NCBI GenBank assembly: GCA_020137815.1
Contig: CM035352.1
Coordinates: 2,480,001 to 2,544,000, forward strand
Length of the DNA stretch: 64,000 nucleotides
Reading direction: 5' to 3'
From: Hormiphora californensis
Taxonomy: Eukaryota; Animalia; Ctenophora
Shown here: positions 44,901-62,805 of the stretch, piece after piece
Numbering within the stretch: position 1 is the first letter of the stretch
How the letters are laid out: every line of letters begins with the position of its first letter
Made by a program: the position numbers and the translations under genes
The notes under the pieces: generated by a model
The model's input: the letters and a program-made list of their open reading frames with translations, nothing else
Told to the model about the DNA's origin: nothing
Databases searched by the model: none

Positions 44901-45719
44901 AGTGAACCTGAATGATGAGATGGAGGTCGCGACACAGAATGTGGATAACGAAGAGCCCAGGACACTTTCAACTGGAAGATCCTTCCCTCCCCCACCGCCT
45001 AGACAGATGACCTACGCAGAGTTTCGATCGCTCGCGATTGAAGCTGAGTGGCAGGAGGCGCTGGCACATGCCATGCGTATACCTGATATGAGTGAATTTT
45101 AGAACTTGACTTTTTATTTGAGATTTTATTGTAAGACGTGTAATGTAAAACAACTGTATATATTTTCACTTTTCAGCGCCTTGTAATAAACACAGCTGTT
45201 TTAATTTTTCATAACGCATCATCGGGTCTATAATATCGCGTGTAATTGGTTGTGTAGTGGTTAGCTGCTCGTCTTGCATGCATAAGAAGGTCCCGGGTCC
45301 TAATCCCGGTCAGTTTCCCGATTAGTGTGTGACTACTTACTAGAGAGTTTAAATAAGGTTTATTATTTTAGATACTAGAGAGCCCAGGCAAAAGACCCAA
45401 AACTCCTCTCGCCCCCTACTGAATCCTCCCACCCCTATCGAATCCTCTCAATATCTATTGACTGCTCTCGTCCCATATTATTCAGCACCCTCCCTCCCCC
45501 GCCCCCGGGCTATGTTGACCAACTCACCCCATAATCCCCTTACAGCCAGTTGGAGTCCTACAACAACCCCCCCCCCCCGGTCTCTATGTCTCTCTCTCTC
45601 CCCCTCTACGTCTCCGTCTCTTTCCCTGTCCCCTCTCCAATGGATAGTCTCCATCTATCCCCTTCTCTCTTTATCCCTCTAACCCCATCATTCCCTCCCC
45701 CTCTCTCTCTCTCTCCCTA

Positions 45720-45753
<34 letters not shown>

Positions 45754-47945
45754 TATCTCTCTCCCTCTCTCTCTCTCTCTCCCTCTTTCTCTCTCTCTCT
45801 CCCCCTCATATCGGGCTGGTGAATATAATGGAAGCTGGAATCAGGTGATAAAGATCCGTAGAACTGGAGCTGTGTAGAGTTATTAAAGCTGGGATACGTT
45901 GGTAGAAAAGCTGTGGCATTCATCGGGGCCGCAGCAGTAGATGGCCAAGCACTACAAAACACGACAGGAACACGCAATAAAACACCCAACAACATGCACG
46001 TGCAGTATTAAACTCTTGCCCACCATCATGGCAACTCCCCAAACCCCACCAACTACCCCTAACAACACGTCAATTTTCCACGTGCAAGCCCTAAAACCCC
46101 CTCCAAATTTTGTCTTGCACTGTTCTCTGCTTTATAATATAGATTCTGTGTATCCTATGCAAATTGAATAGAATTGGGTTTATGTATTGGTATTATCACA
46201 GTTATTTTTTATTGGAAGAAGTTTCAAACGATCACGGAAACAATTCGCATTTTAAATCCTTATTATAAAGTACAAATGCGTGGCGTGATGAGGATGTCCT
46301 ATCATCACGTGCAAATAGAGGGGGTTGCCAAGGAAGTGCCCTGGGAGGGGTATTGGAGGTTGCACGTGCGGGTTGGTGCAGCGAGTGAGAGGGGTGCTCC
46401 TGGGTGAGGAAGAGTGTGGGGATTCGGGTCAACGGGTGCTCTACTTCAATGGGCTTTCTAGTATCAAATAATATCACACACCGTGCGTCTGAGGGCTTCA
46501 CGCAGGAATCCCGCACTTAAGAAGCCCCTCTTTATGTAGCTAAGTTTTACAGGTAAATAAGTTAAAAATATATCGTTGTTGCTGCTAGACTAGATTAACA
46601 GTTAGAGAGGAGGGAGCCACGGGGAGAGGGGTGTCCCGCAGCAGCGGCAGCGGTGAGCAATTGGAACATTCATGAAGTGAAAAGGTGAAGGTGATGGAAT
46701 AATTATAGAATATTGTCGATGTCAATATAACTGAAAAGGTAGCTCTTGAGCTCAGTCAGGAAGATTGGTAACGTGTCATTATAACAATTAATTAATGTTA
46801 ATTATTATCCAGATGCAGCAGCTGATGGTGAAGACGCAAAGGAGTTTCTGGATAGTATTGGCATTGATAGTTCTCGGTACAGCAAGCTCAATACTAACAG
46901 TGTAGAAAGACAACTGGCAGAAAAACAAAATTTAGGTAAGTCCAAGTCTGACTTATTGTGTTCCAGTATTCCCTGTCTGGCGGCGCCAGACCCTGTTTTG
47001 ATTTGACAGTTCGCTCAAATCGGGTGGGCGCCGTCAGAGAGGGTATACGTTGTTGAGAGTCTTTGGATCCTTGACTAACCCCCTCTATCCCTACAGATAC
47101 GGGTATCAGGTCGATGGTGAGGGTGAATGGGACACATGTTCAGGGTCTATTCAACTACCTCCTAAATGATCGATCTCTAACACCGACAGTAGGAGAGTTA
47201 GCAGGTGTACCCCCAACACTCCTCTCTCCCACCGTATTCTCTGGGGCGTGCATCCGTCGCTGCCAGGTGGGTACAACCATCAACAATTATGACGGGGAAG
47301 GGGAGATAAAAACATCATCAATCACCGGCGGGGGGGGGGGGGTATAGCTCACCAAGTGCTGTTAATTTTATGTCATCTTGGTTGCAGGTAAAATGTGGGA
47401 GTTCGTTGTCACGACAACCCGATGGAATGATGGCAGTAGTGTATTACCTGAACATTACCGGACCTCTCTTACCCTCTTCCCTCCAACAAATAAATACCCT
47501 CCTCTCAACTACACAGGTATTTTTTCAATACAGTCGGACCCCGATTTACCGGGCAAAACTCTTTCCCCTGAGCTGAGTATCCCGGTAAATCGGGGTCTAA
47601 CCGTACAACACAGTATAGACTCACCGGGATATCCCGGGGAAAATGATCTTGTTAAACCTAGAAACGTCACCCTTCATTCCCTACCCACACACGCTATATT
47701 ATCTCCAGGAGAGTTTCTCCGGTAAGCTGAGCGCTGTCCATGGTACCGGTGTATTCAATACCCCCACCACATCTGGTAATAGCGGTGGTAACACTATGGG
47801 TGACACTGCTGGTGATAAAGATGGTGACACTGCTGGCGAGATAGCAGAGACAGATGGTGACACTGCAGCGACAGGTGATAAGGTAGGTGATTATGTAACA
47901 CTGCACGAGGTGGAGTGGATGGATGGAGAATTCATGGTGAAATGA
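41963..47945 (+). CDS. DONSON: DONSON (downstream neighbor of SON / humpty dumpty) replisome factor, ~12 exons
   Basis: Motifs across GT-AG exons: [25 protein letters not shown]|[60 protein letters not shown] and [10 protein letters not shown]. Confidence 0.9.
42938..43140. repeat. Compound hexanucleotide microsatellite (GAGACA/GGGACA/GAGACT)n in a DONSON intron
   Basis: Directly visible tandem array. Confidence 0.95.
44380..45102 (+). CDS. Intronless acidic protein with an N-terminal signal-anchor, nested on the same strand in a DONSON intron
   Basis: [28 protein letters not shown], then an E/D-rich region, then a C-terminal [26 protein letters not shown] helix. AATAAA at ~45185. Confidence 0.6.
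   Translation: MLSFNSKLLLATCTAGAAALAIWWAYRREDKDEPKDDQTENEVPKEIIEETALGEETVEVKEEVTVNEDGVNMSGSEGEADEDVDMSRSEEGEDVGGMSRGQSMLSLSTSTTLCNSRDRMMGSMGLIIEEEEEEDSDEYEEGEILVISDSEDSEEEGEVSEAESEGEVKIEENSVNLNDEMEVATQNVDNEEPRTLSTGRSFPPPPPRQMTYAEFRSLAIEAEWQEALAHAMRIPDMSEF
45248..45318 (+). other. Degenerate tRNA-like sequence / SINE head
   Basis: A-box-like GTGTAGTGGTTAG and B-box-like GGGTCCTAATCCCGG at tRNA spacing. Confidence 0.4.
46035..46465. repeat. Dispersed repeat family shared with acetate kinase intron 4
   Basis: 46262-46465 matches 58238-58460 (direct), and 46035-46145 matches 57645-57750 (inverted). Confidence 0.75.
47529..47605. mobile_element. Mini Tc1/mariner-like MITE
   Basis: TA|CAGTCGGACCCCGATTTACCGGG ... 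CCCGGTAAATCGGGGTCTAACCG|TA. Confidence 0.7.
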
Positions 47946-48783
47946 TAGGACAATGATAACTTGCTGAGTTGGTAAGGAGTGACAACAAATGATAACACCA
48001 AGGTATTTCTCTTAGTGAGGTTAGGGGAGAGATATGTTAATAATAATGTAAACAGAGGTACGTTTAATTGCTGAACTGATTATTATGACGTGTTAATTAA
48101 ATAACAGATTTATTTCACCCGATATTTATGAAACGTTTTTAATTTTGGAAACCTATAACTAAAAGTTCATACTGTGCATTGCATAGTTTTCACAATTAGC
48201 GGCTTTTTGGTGGAAATGGTGGTTCTAACCACGCTCAAGGCACACAGCCAATGAGAATACCATATCCCGGATGAGTTGAATTGACCAGCCGTCCAGCCAC
48301 CATGCTGTAAAACTGCTTTCTCAACATTTGAGTATTCGAGCCAGGGGTTGCCACTTGTGTTGTACCTCCCACTTGCCCTGTTCGGCCCTGTCTCACCGCG
48401 ACCCGGGTAGAGTAAAACAAGGCTTGGGCTCCCAATCTTAAAAATTGGGTGTATCCGCCATCAAGTGTTTCACCATTAGCCACTTTGAACCCTAAACTAG
48501 CTCCCATAGGCCCCATAGAAATGAAAACTCATTGGTTTTAATTCCAAATGTTTAAACATACAAAATGTACACACGGCAGAGTTGTCTCTTGTCTCACTCG
48601 CAGATATTTTTCAAAGAAACACCTCTATATTTTACACACCAGCTACCACGGTTAATGCTACTCCTAATTAGTATCAACCGTGGCAAATTCTTGTAAAAGA
48701 ACAAGTAAAATACCTGATTTTCAATCTATATATCGGAGGGGCAACACAAGAAGAGTTAAGAGTTTTTCCTAGATCCCTTCCGC

Positions 48784-50554
48784 TCAGTTACCGAACATGG
48801 CTCTAAGGTTCTTCATTGGAATCGAAGGACCCACTACGTCACTGCTGGGGCCTCCTTTCTTCGCTTGGGTCACACTTCCATCCTCGAATTTGGTTTTGAT
48901 ACTGTCCACACTGTCTTTCAGTTCACCTTGATCACTTTCGAGTCGGTCCAACCTCCGCTTGATGTCTTCAACTTCCTCAGAAACATCAGACTTGTTATCG
49001 CTACCACCGTTCTCATCGACTCCGTTCTCCCCAGAATCTTCAGCGGCGACTTCTTCTTCAGCGGCTTCTTCGACGGCTTCTTCTTCAGCGGCTTCTTCGG
49101 TGGCTTCTTCGGCGGCTTCTTCTGCGACTTCTTCTGCGGCTTCTTCGGTGGCTTCTTCGGTGGCTTCTTCGGCGGCTTCTTCGGTGGCTTCTTCGGCGGC
49201 TTCTTCGGCGGCTTCTTCAGCGGCTTCTTCTGCAGCTTCTTCGGCGGCTTCTTCGGCGGCTTCTTCAGCAGCTTCTTCAGCAGCTTCTTCAGCGGCTTCT
49301 TCAGCGGCTTCTTCGGCAGCTTCTTCAGCGGCTTCATCGGCAGCTTCTTCAGCAGCTTCTTCTACAGTCTCCTCCTCGGCGGCAGGTGCTTCTTCAGTGA
49401 CCTCTCCTGCTTCCTCTTCTCCGGCAGCTTCCTCCTGAAATAAGAAGAAAGGGTTAGTATGATTAGTCGATTAGCAGCTAAATATACAGCTATCAGATTT
49501 AGTAACACCCGCCCAGACAGACTTGGTAGCAGCAACAATTAGTTGGTTCTCCCCCATCTCCATCCTCCTCCGAAGACAGGCTAATTGTTCGAGTGGTTTT
49601 GGCCATTAGTCTAGTGCAAACGTGACAAATACAGCCCAGGTCGGACGTAAGGAGCATTTTTAATGTACAAGCAAATAACAAAACGTATAATGATGCGTGT
49701 AAAAAGAGCTTTTCCGGGATCACCCACCCGCCCCTTTGTTCCCTAATCCCTCCAAAACTTACTGTAGCTTCAGCTGCCTCCTCTTCGACAGCAGCCTCCT
49801 CAGTAACTTCTCCAGATGATGCTGCCTCTTCTTCAGCAGGGGCGTCTTCTGACTCAGCGGCAGGGGCTGATTCTTCAGCTGGTGCGGCAGCTTCTGATTC
49901 TTCAGCTGGGGCGGCTTCTGATTCTTCCGCAGGGGCGGCTTCCTCGGCAGGGGCGGCTTCTGATTCTTCGGCAGGGGCGGCTTCTGATTCTTCGGCAGGG
50001 GCGGCTTCTGATTCCTCAGCTGGTGCGGCTTCTTCAGCTGGTGCGGCTTCTGATTCTTCAGCTGGTGCGGCTTCTGATTCTTCGGCAGGGGCGGCTTCTG
50101 ATTCTTCGGCAGGGGCGGCTTCCTCGGTAGGGGTGGCTTCTTCAGCAGGGGCAGATTCTTCAGCTGGTGCGGCTTCTGATTCTTCAGCGGGTGCGGCTTC
50201 TGATTCTTCGGCAGGGGTGGCTTCTGATTCTTCGGCTGGTGCGGCTTCTTCAGCTGGTGCGGCTTCTGATTCTTCAGCTGGTGCGGCTTCTGACTCAGCG
50301 GCAACCTCTCCTGATTCTTCGGCGGCTGGTTCCGATGACTCGGTAGCGGGTGCCTCAGTAGCGGCTGCCTCAGTGGCGACTTCCTCAGTGGTCCTCTGAA
50401 AGATAGGGGACTATTATAATCATTAATCATTGATTTAGTAAAACCAAAAGGTTAATGAAAGTTCCATTGTAAGACCCTAGATCTATAATGGTTCGTACCT
50501 GCGGGTGCAGGCGGCGGGGGTCTCCTCAACAGTTGGTTGTTGGTTGTCAGACAT
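48784..50554 (-). CDS. Highly acidic Glu/Ala/Pro/Ser repeat protein with a C-terminal coiled coil: exons 50554-50499, ~50395-49763, 49434-48784
   Basis: MSDNQQPTVEETPA..., then (EESEAAPA)n and (EEAA/EEAT)n, then VSEEVEDIKRRLDRLESDQGELKDSVDSIKTKFE...PMKNLRAMFGN*. The exon 2/3 junction is in frame. The exon 1/2 junction needs a 1-2 nt adjustment. Confidence 0.7.
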
Positions 50555-51090
50555 GATAGGCGAGTGAGATAGAGAGAACTAGGTTGGATAGGTTGGAGTG
50601 TTAGTTACTGGGATAGGAGGTGTGTTATAAGTTAGTAAAGGGTGAACAAGGAGGTGTGTTTGTTTGGAGAAGTAGGAGGTTTATTAGTTACTAGGTAGAA
50701 GGATGTGTTAGTTGCTAAAGATTTTGTTGGTTAGCACATAGGCGAAACCTGGGGCAAAAGTGAAGAAGTGATGTTAGTTAGTGCTGTGGGTAAAAGCTAT
50801 GGCATAAAATGAAAAGTTAGTTAGTGAAAATGCTAATAGCATGAAAAGTCTTTCATTTCACAAGACGCAAGGCGGAAGAGAGCAAGCCGCTCAAAGATTG
50901 GGTCATGTCGAATTGTGATGAGATTGGGAGAGAGCTCAAGATAAATGGGATGCTATTTTTAGAGGCGTAGTATTACTGGTCCTTAAATACTACGAGGTGG
51001 TTGATTGACGCACATTAACAGAGCAGCTCCCGTAATTGAACCGGATATGCAGACACAGAATGGGAAAGAGAGGAGAGAGTTAGAGAGAGA

Positions 51091-51124
<34 letters not shown>

Positions 51125-51134
51125 GGAGTGAGAG

Positions 51135-51175
<41 letters not shown>

Positions 51176-51498
51176 TCACAGAAAAACAGGGAATGTTCTT
51201 TCAGAAACAGATGGATTAAAGAAGGGTTTCGATTCGCTTCAAAAAATCTCGAGACATGAGCCGATGATGAACGAAATAAGTGGATTGCTAATTTATGCAC
51301 CGGTTTGCCATTCATTTTTTCTCCACTCCAAAGCTATTTTAATGGCTTTAATAAAAGAGCATTATGGTCTCTCTTTCCCTCTCTCATCTTGTCTCCAGGT
51401 AATTAAGAAGCGAAGAAGCTGGTTCTAATCCCACACAATCTTCGCGAGAATTAGCAGCTAACCGGTGTGAGAGACGGCTCTCTCCGTTTCTCTCCCTA

Positions 51499-51544
<46 letters not shown>

Positions 51545-51595
51545 TCTCCCTCTCTCTCTCTCCCTCTCTATCTCTCCCTCTCTATCTCTCTCTCC

Positions 51596-51668
<73 letters not shown>

Positions 51669-54030
51669 GTCTCTCTCTCTCTCTCTCTCTCTCTCTTCCT
51701 CTCTCTCTCTCTCTCTCTCCATCTCTCTCTCTCTCTCTCATGACTGAAAATGGATTGGGAACTTGTTTCCGTTTATGTTCACAGTTTAAAGAGACGGTCC
51801 AGGAATAGAGCTCTCTCTCCCCTGGTAAAGGGTTGCTAATTTTAGGATGGTGGAAAATATTGATCATGTGATCATCCATTGACCATGGCCTTCAGAGAGA
51901 GTGAGACAGAAAGAGAAAGACATGAATGGGAAGAGAGAAAGTGTATAAATTATGGACTTGGAGTGACTAATTCAAACTAATCACTAAGAGAAATAATGAG
52001 AAACAGAAATTACAGCATGGCCCAATCAAGGCGGGGTAGACGAAGGCAGTGATGACAAAATCAAGGCGGGAATGTGAACTGAGTTGAAGGTCGTCAAATC
52101 AGACACGCGGGGGGAGGACAGAAAAGATAGAGAAATGATAGAGAAAGATAGAGGACTGCAATGCTAAACGTAAAGGATCTCTCCCTCTCCTATGGAAACC
52201 TAAAAAATAAAACTACTCGGGGTGAAAGTTAGAACTCCTGGGTCAGATAAGAGGAATTACTGGTCTGACAGACGATAAAGATTTCTCCCTACTACTTTTT
52301 AGTCATCCGCTCTCCGAAGGGTGATCATTTGTTGTGTCACACCGTCTGACACACAAAATGTGTTTTAGCACATGATAAGAACACTGAATGAATAAAATAG
52401 AAATTGTGAAAGAAACTTAAATGTGAAGGAAACTCCTGAGGACCAGTAATTTTCTATAGGAGGGCCGAGAGTCGTAATGGAAAAGATTGCTTGAATTTTT
52501 AGCTCATTGTTTAAGATAACAGAGAGGGAGAGAGAATTAAAAAAAGGGACTGGGGGGGCGGGCACCCCTTTTAAATTCGCGAAAAAGGACCTAGAGAAGG
52601 ATAAGTGTAGTAACCGTTCGTATGGAATTGGGTAAAATTTATAGTACTGGGAAATAATGCCTGCTCCCTGCCCACTAACCAATATTTATTTCCCCTAGGA
52701 TGCTTTTAAGAGCCCATTAATCTTACTCTTTGATATGTAGCACTACGAATATTTGATTGAGGCAAGAAGGGGAGAAAAGGTGGGAGAGAAAAAGGATTAA
52801 AGCATAAATAAAGAGAAGGAGAGCGGCGATTTTTAGGGGCGTCTTCTTGCTACTCTCGCTCTATCTTTCCCTCTCGCTCTCTCTCCCTTCTCTCTTCCCC
52901 GGCCTCTCTCTCTCTCTCTCCTCCCCTCCTTCTTTTCCCTTTTCTTTTCCCCCCCTTTTCCCCTCTCCTTTTCCCCTCCCCCTTTAAAATTTTTTCCTTC
53001 TTCCCCCTCCATATTCTTTCAAATTGGCCTTTCCCTTTTGGGAAAGAAAGAAAATTAATTTTAACATAGTTCCAAGAAATTTGAAAAATAAAAAGTTTCA
53101 AAATTAACTATAAGCTTCGCAAGAGGGCCTGTTGACATGGTTTTCGGTTGAACTTTAAGTATTAAAGTGGGTAACAAGAATTGAAGAAAAGGTGATTGGA
53201 TCATTAGAAAATCCAACTGTTTAGAACACTAGGAATTTCTTCTTCGGAACATTGTACCTTGTAGTTTTTAATTTTAAAAAAACGCTTTCCCTGGACGCGA
53301 TTAAGAGAATGTTGTACTTAGTTAAATCCGGACTTTGCGGGTCTTAATCGCAACTAGCGCAAGGCTTTATTAGAAATTCAGGTGTAGATCGAGATGAAGT
53401 GTGCTCGAGAGTGTGTAGCAAATGTAAGGCACATTTAAATGGTGCACTCAGTGAAATGAGAAAGTGTGTCAGGGTTTGTGAATGCGAGAGAGATATTAGA
53501 TACAGCTCACCGCACAAGATACAGAGAGGGAGGGAGAGGGAGAGATGGTGAGGGAGTAGCCTCAAAAGACAAAAGGGGGGAGAGATTTAAACGTGCAGTT
53601 GAATAGTCAACTGTCTTGTGTTTACGCAATTATAAACCCAATCCCGAAGTAAAGATGAGAGAAAAAGAGAGAGGAAGAAGAGAGAAGAGAGAGATATATA
53701 GAAGGTTATGGGCCGAGATAGAGATGCTAGATCTACTAGCTACACAGAGATATAGAGAGTATAGTGAAAGATAGAGAGAGATAGAAGGAGCTAGAGCTCT
53801 CTCCTCTCTCTCTCTCTCTACTATCTCTCCTTCTCTCTTTCTCCTTCCCGTTCTCTCCTCCTTTCTCTCCTCCCCCTCCCCCATTTTTCTTCTTCAGTGT
53901 TTTATATGAAACGTACGATTTAAAAAAAAAAAAAAACGGTTCTGCTATCTGCTAATTTATTGAAAAAGTAGACTATCGATAAGCGGGGTATCATGCTGAA
54001 AGGAAATAAGGAATTCGTTCCAAATGTTCT

Positions 54031-54130
54031 NNNNNNNNNNNNNNNNNNNNNNNNNNNNNNNNNNNNNNNNNNNNNNNNNNNNNNNNNNNNNNNNNNNNNN
54101 NNNNNNNNNNNNNNNNNNNNNNNNNNNNNN
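54031..54130. other. Assembly gap (100 N)
   Basis: Run of N. Confidence 1.
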
Positions 54131-54564
54131 AAGATACTTGTAGAACTTTTTAGTTATAGTATTATTGTCGTTCATTACTTAACGTGTATTGCAAAACGCT
54201 GGTATTTGAAATTGGATTTGCTCAAAAAAGGTCAAACCATCGGTACATGCGTAACTACGCCCAAATAAATTTATAAATGATCCCCCTGTTGAGGTATGAA
54301 TATGGACATCTTTCTGTTAAAGTGACGCAATTTCAACACATCCGCCACACCCTAGCAAGATTATCCAGTCACTTAACCCCAGTCCCCCATCCCTCTCTCT
54401 GTCTCTGGGTCTCTCGCTCTCTTTCTGTCCCTCATCCCTCTCTCTCTCTCTGGCCCTGGCTCTCTTTCTGTCCCTCTTTATTCTCCCTGTCTCTACCCGA
54501 ATTTCGGTAACTCTCTCTCTCTAATACGAAAGTCTCTCTCTTGGATCAGCTCTTGCTCTCTCTC

Positions 54565-54645
<81 letters not shown>

Positions 54646-55055
54646 TCTCTGTGATTCCTCGAGCCTCTACCCATTCTTCCTCTCTATCTTTTAGGTATTT
54701 TGATGATGAAGGCCTATGACGCAATTATTGTCTGCCACAAATGATGATGTAATTATGATGTGACTATTACTAATATTTTACCCCCACTCTCATTGCACTC
54801 TAAAGGGCCCGTTCTCTTTGGATGAGTGCCAGATAAATCAGTTTCCTGGTCATGATGAACAGTTCATCAAACTCGCAACGGTCTATCTCTATTATGAACT
54901 GTATATCGCTCTTCATCTATCTTATTCTATAATTGAAATGGCGCTACAATCTTATTGGGCTGACTAAAAGAAGCAATACTAATAATATGATCACGGAATA
55001 AACATACGATGGAAAATCATTAGAGCAATCTTCTTTTTCTATCTCTCTCGCATCC

Positions 55056-55091
<36 letters not shown>

Positions 55092-55272
55092 AAAAGCGAA
55101 AAAAAATGTGGCAGTCAATAAACCAGCTTGTACAGAGAACAACAATACGTGGCACGCAAAGCTCGATAACATGTAGCGTAGCACCAAGATTACAGTGGTT
55201 AGACATTTACAGTTGGTAAAAAAAAGTTTCTAGATCGTCCTTTTTCTTTCTCTCTCTCTCTCTCTCTATCTA

Positions 55273-55323
<51 letters not shown>

Positions 55324-56771
55324 ATCCCCTGCTTCGATCAACAATGGCGCTCTTGAAATCACTGATCTTGTACTAGAAAGTTGTGTGTATGGGAAAGCAA
55401 GTTCTCAAGACCACATGATCATTGTGAGTGTAGTATTGTGTGTAATGGATAATTTGTCCATCATACTACCAATAAATAGAGAGGGGAGAGAGAGAGAGAG
55501 AGAGAGATAGAGAGATAAAGAGATAGAGAGAGAGATAGATCATAGATCTAGAACAATATATTTGGTCATTATCTTGTACTGGGCCATGCAGTTATTGTCC
55601 CAGTACAGGGGCTATTACCGGATATTAGATAGTCAGCATGTCTCATACTACAGGGCTACTACAGCTATGTCAGTCGACGGTTAAGATCTATGATATATAT
55701 TATCTATGATAAATATCTAGATACAGATATATTTATTATACGACTAGCTAAGTAAAGATCAATAGAAATCTTACACATGCGTGAACAATGACAATTTACA
55801 TACGACACGCCTTACAAATTTCAGTCAGACAAAGAGTTGAAGGGTACGGAGCAATCTCTTTATAACTTGGCATTGTACACTGTTCAACTACCAAGAGGGA
55901 GATATAGGGTTGGTAATGACATTACCCATACTTGTGCGAGCACCGAGCGCCCCAATTTTACAACGTAAATCAGATACCAAGAGATAAGGCAACGAAACGA
56001 ATGATTATGAAGAACTTACGGCTTTCGCTATATTGCAAGATAATATTGACTACAGCAAATAGGATATAACTATATCCTATTAGGTCAGCGGGTGACAGAT
56101 CTCAAAACGTTGTTTGAGGAGAATAACGGACGACCCCGCGGTGACGTGTCTGTTAAGATAGGAGGTCCACGGAGGAGATGATCTATAATATATGCAATAT
56201 ATGGTGTCATGTAACATCATGATTTAGTGATGATAGACAGCTCTCTTCTCGTGTAGAGACAATACGTGATCACTGCAGCTGCAGGGGTCTTGTCAAAGAT
56301 CGCCTCGTGATCTAATTTTGAACAGGTAATTGTATACCCATACAAGTTCTACATCTTGTAGAGGGTTTCTTGTTGGAGATTCTTGTTGGAGTAAATTATT
56401 CCATCTAGGGAGTTATTTCGTAACGCAAGAACACGTTCAGAATTCAGTTTTAGTAAAACAGAATCGATTAATCAAACTCCAATATAACAAGTTCATTGGA
56501 TAGTTAAAATAAGAATATATACCCCCATTAAATAAACCACAGCTGAAGCTGAAACTATATATCGTTTCACTAAACGACTTCTTCATTACAACTGTCAACA
56601 CTGGATAGAGTTCTTCCACCATATAGTGTTTAGCAACGCAACAACGCAGCAAGTTGCTACTAAATAGGAGCTGGATGCACACAGGAGTTGTGACTTCATC
56701 ATAGTTCATTCGAGACCCCATAATACTGGTAGGTTTCTTGTCATTAGATCGTAGCATCGAGTGTCTAGCAC

Positions 56772-61151
<4,380 letters not shown>

Positions 61152-62248
61152 TTGATATATCACTGCGATAACAGAGTGGATAAGAGAAGAGTTTGTGGGT
61201 GTCTTGGCAGCAAGTTTACAAAACTTGGAAAGTATAAAAAGGGGGATGCAAACTTGGAAAGTGCAAAAAGGGTGCTGAGAACGAGAACGTTGGCCTCTGA
61301 AGATCAACAGGAGGAACCAACACAGCAGCATGGCTGGGATTATACTGATTATTCACGCGGGATAGCTGCAGAGGAGTGAAGTATATTCAGTCGGAATATT
61401 TACAGAAGTGGCCGAGAGGAGTAATTCTACAAAGCCGAAGGGCAAGTTATAGGAAGTGCAAAGGGAATCAGGCCATGATATCTCTCAAAACAAAACACAT
61501 GGAAAGTTGCGGGGTCATACTTCTGTGTGTGTGTTTAGGTATAGCGGAAAGAAAAAGAGGGGAAAGCATTGTCCCGAGAACGCAATTCTGAATACTTAAA
61601 ATTATAATCCTTTTCATCACATGGACGGGTGATATGAATTCTAGCGTGAATTGGCAACACTCACTGGCAAGCACTTATCCGCAATGTTTAATATGCTCAG
61701 TCACGCTACAAGTGCTGTGTCAGTGTGGCTGTGACTGTATAAACAAACGAGTGGATATGTTCGACCAAAATAAACCGTGACAGAGATAGTTTTTCACAGA
61801 GGAGAGAGAACGAAGAAAAAGAGAACAGTCGGAAATTATGACGGCCACCGTGTAAAAGAGAGAGCGTGTGAAAGAGCAGCTAACACTTAATATTGAGCTT
61901 TTTATTAATGGCCGCTTAAAATTGTACTAGCAATAATTCAGTCTAGCGAACCATAATAAAGTGACAAGAATAATTTTATTACATCGAGGCAGAGAATACA
62001 CATGTAAAAAACAACAGAAGTTATGTCAATACATATTTCCCTTCAACTAAGTAAAGAAAATGTGCTTCCTTCAACTTGCAAAATAAAAAACCCCTCTTGG
62101 CTAATCTTTAATGAAACTCAATTCCAGGCGTGAGGAGTTATTGAATTAGGTTACCACTGGGTAACTGGTTTGTCTGCATAAAATGTGTGATGATAGGTGT
62201 AAACCTGTTTTTTATACTGGACTTGTATAATAGCTGGAAATATACTGA

Positions 62249-62805
62249 GAATGAATGAATGAATGAATGAATGAATGAATGAATGAATGAATGAATGAAT
62301 GAATGAATGAATGAATGAATGAATGAATGAATGAATGAATGAATGAATGAATGAATGAATGAATGAATGAATGAATGAATGAATGAATGAATGAATGAAT
62401 GAATGAATGAATGAATGAATGAATGAATGAATGAATGAATGAATGAATGAATGAATGAATGAATGAATGAATGAATGAATGAATGAATGAATGAATGAAT
62501 GAATGAATGAATGAATGAATGAATGAATGAATGAATGAATGAATGAATGAATGAATGAATGAATGAATGAATGAATGAATGAATGAATGAATGAATGAAT
62601 GAATGAATGAATGAATGAATGAATGAATGAATGAATGAATGAATGAATGAATGAATGAATGAATGAATGAATGAATGAATGAACGGATGGATGAACGAAT
62701 GGATGAACGGATGAATGAACGGATGAATAGGTGAATGAATGAACGGATGAATGAACGGATGAATGAACGGATGAATGAACGGATGAATAGGTGAATGAAT
62801 GAATA
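62249..62805. repeat. Long (GAAT)n microsatellite grading into GAACGGAT variants
   Basis: About 430 bp of perfect tetranucleotide array followed by a degenerate tail. Confidence 0.98.

Noticed and set aside
45248-45318. Functional tRNA gene (also 14202-14276)
   Set aside because: The acceptor and T stems are imperfect and the B box is altered, so they are kept only as tRNA-derived relics.
48865-50430. FFGG-repeat, KKPP-repeat and KNQKP-repeat ORFs
   Set aside because: These are alternative frames of the acidic repeat gene. Only the acidic frame splices in phase to the unique C-terminus.
50983-55550. ER/LS-repeat ORFs here and at other (AG)n tracts
   Set aside because: They are microsatellite translation artefacts.
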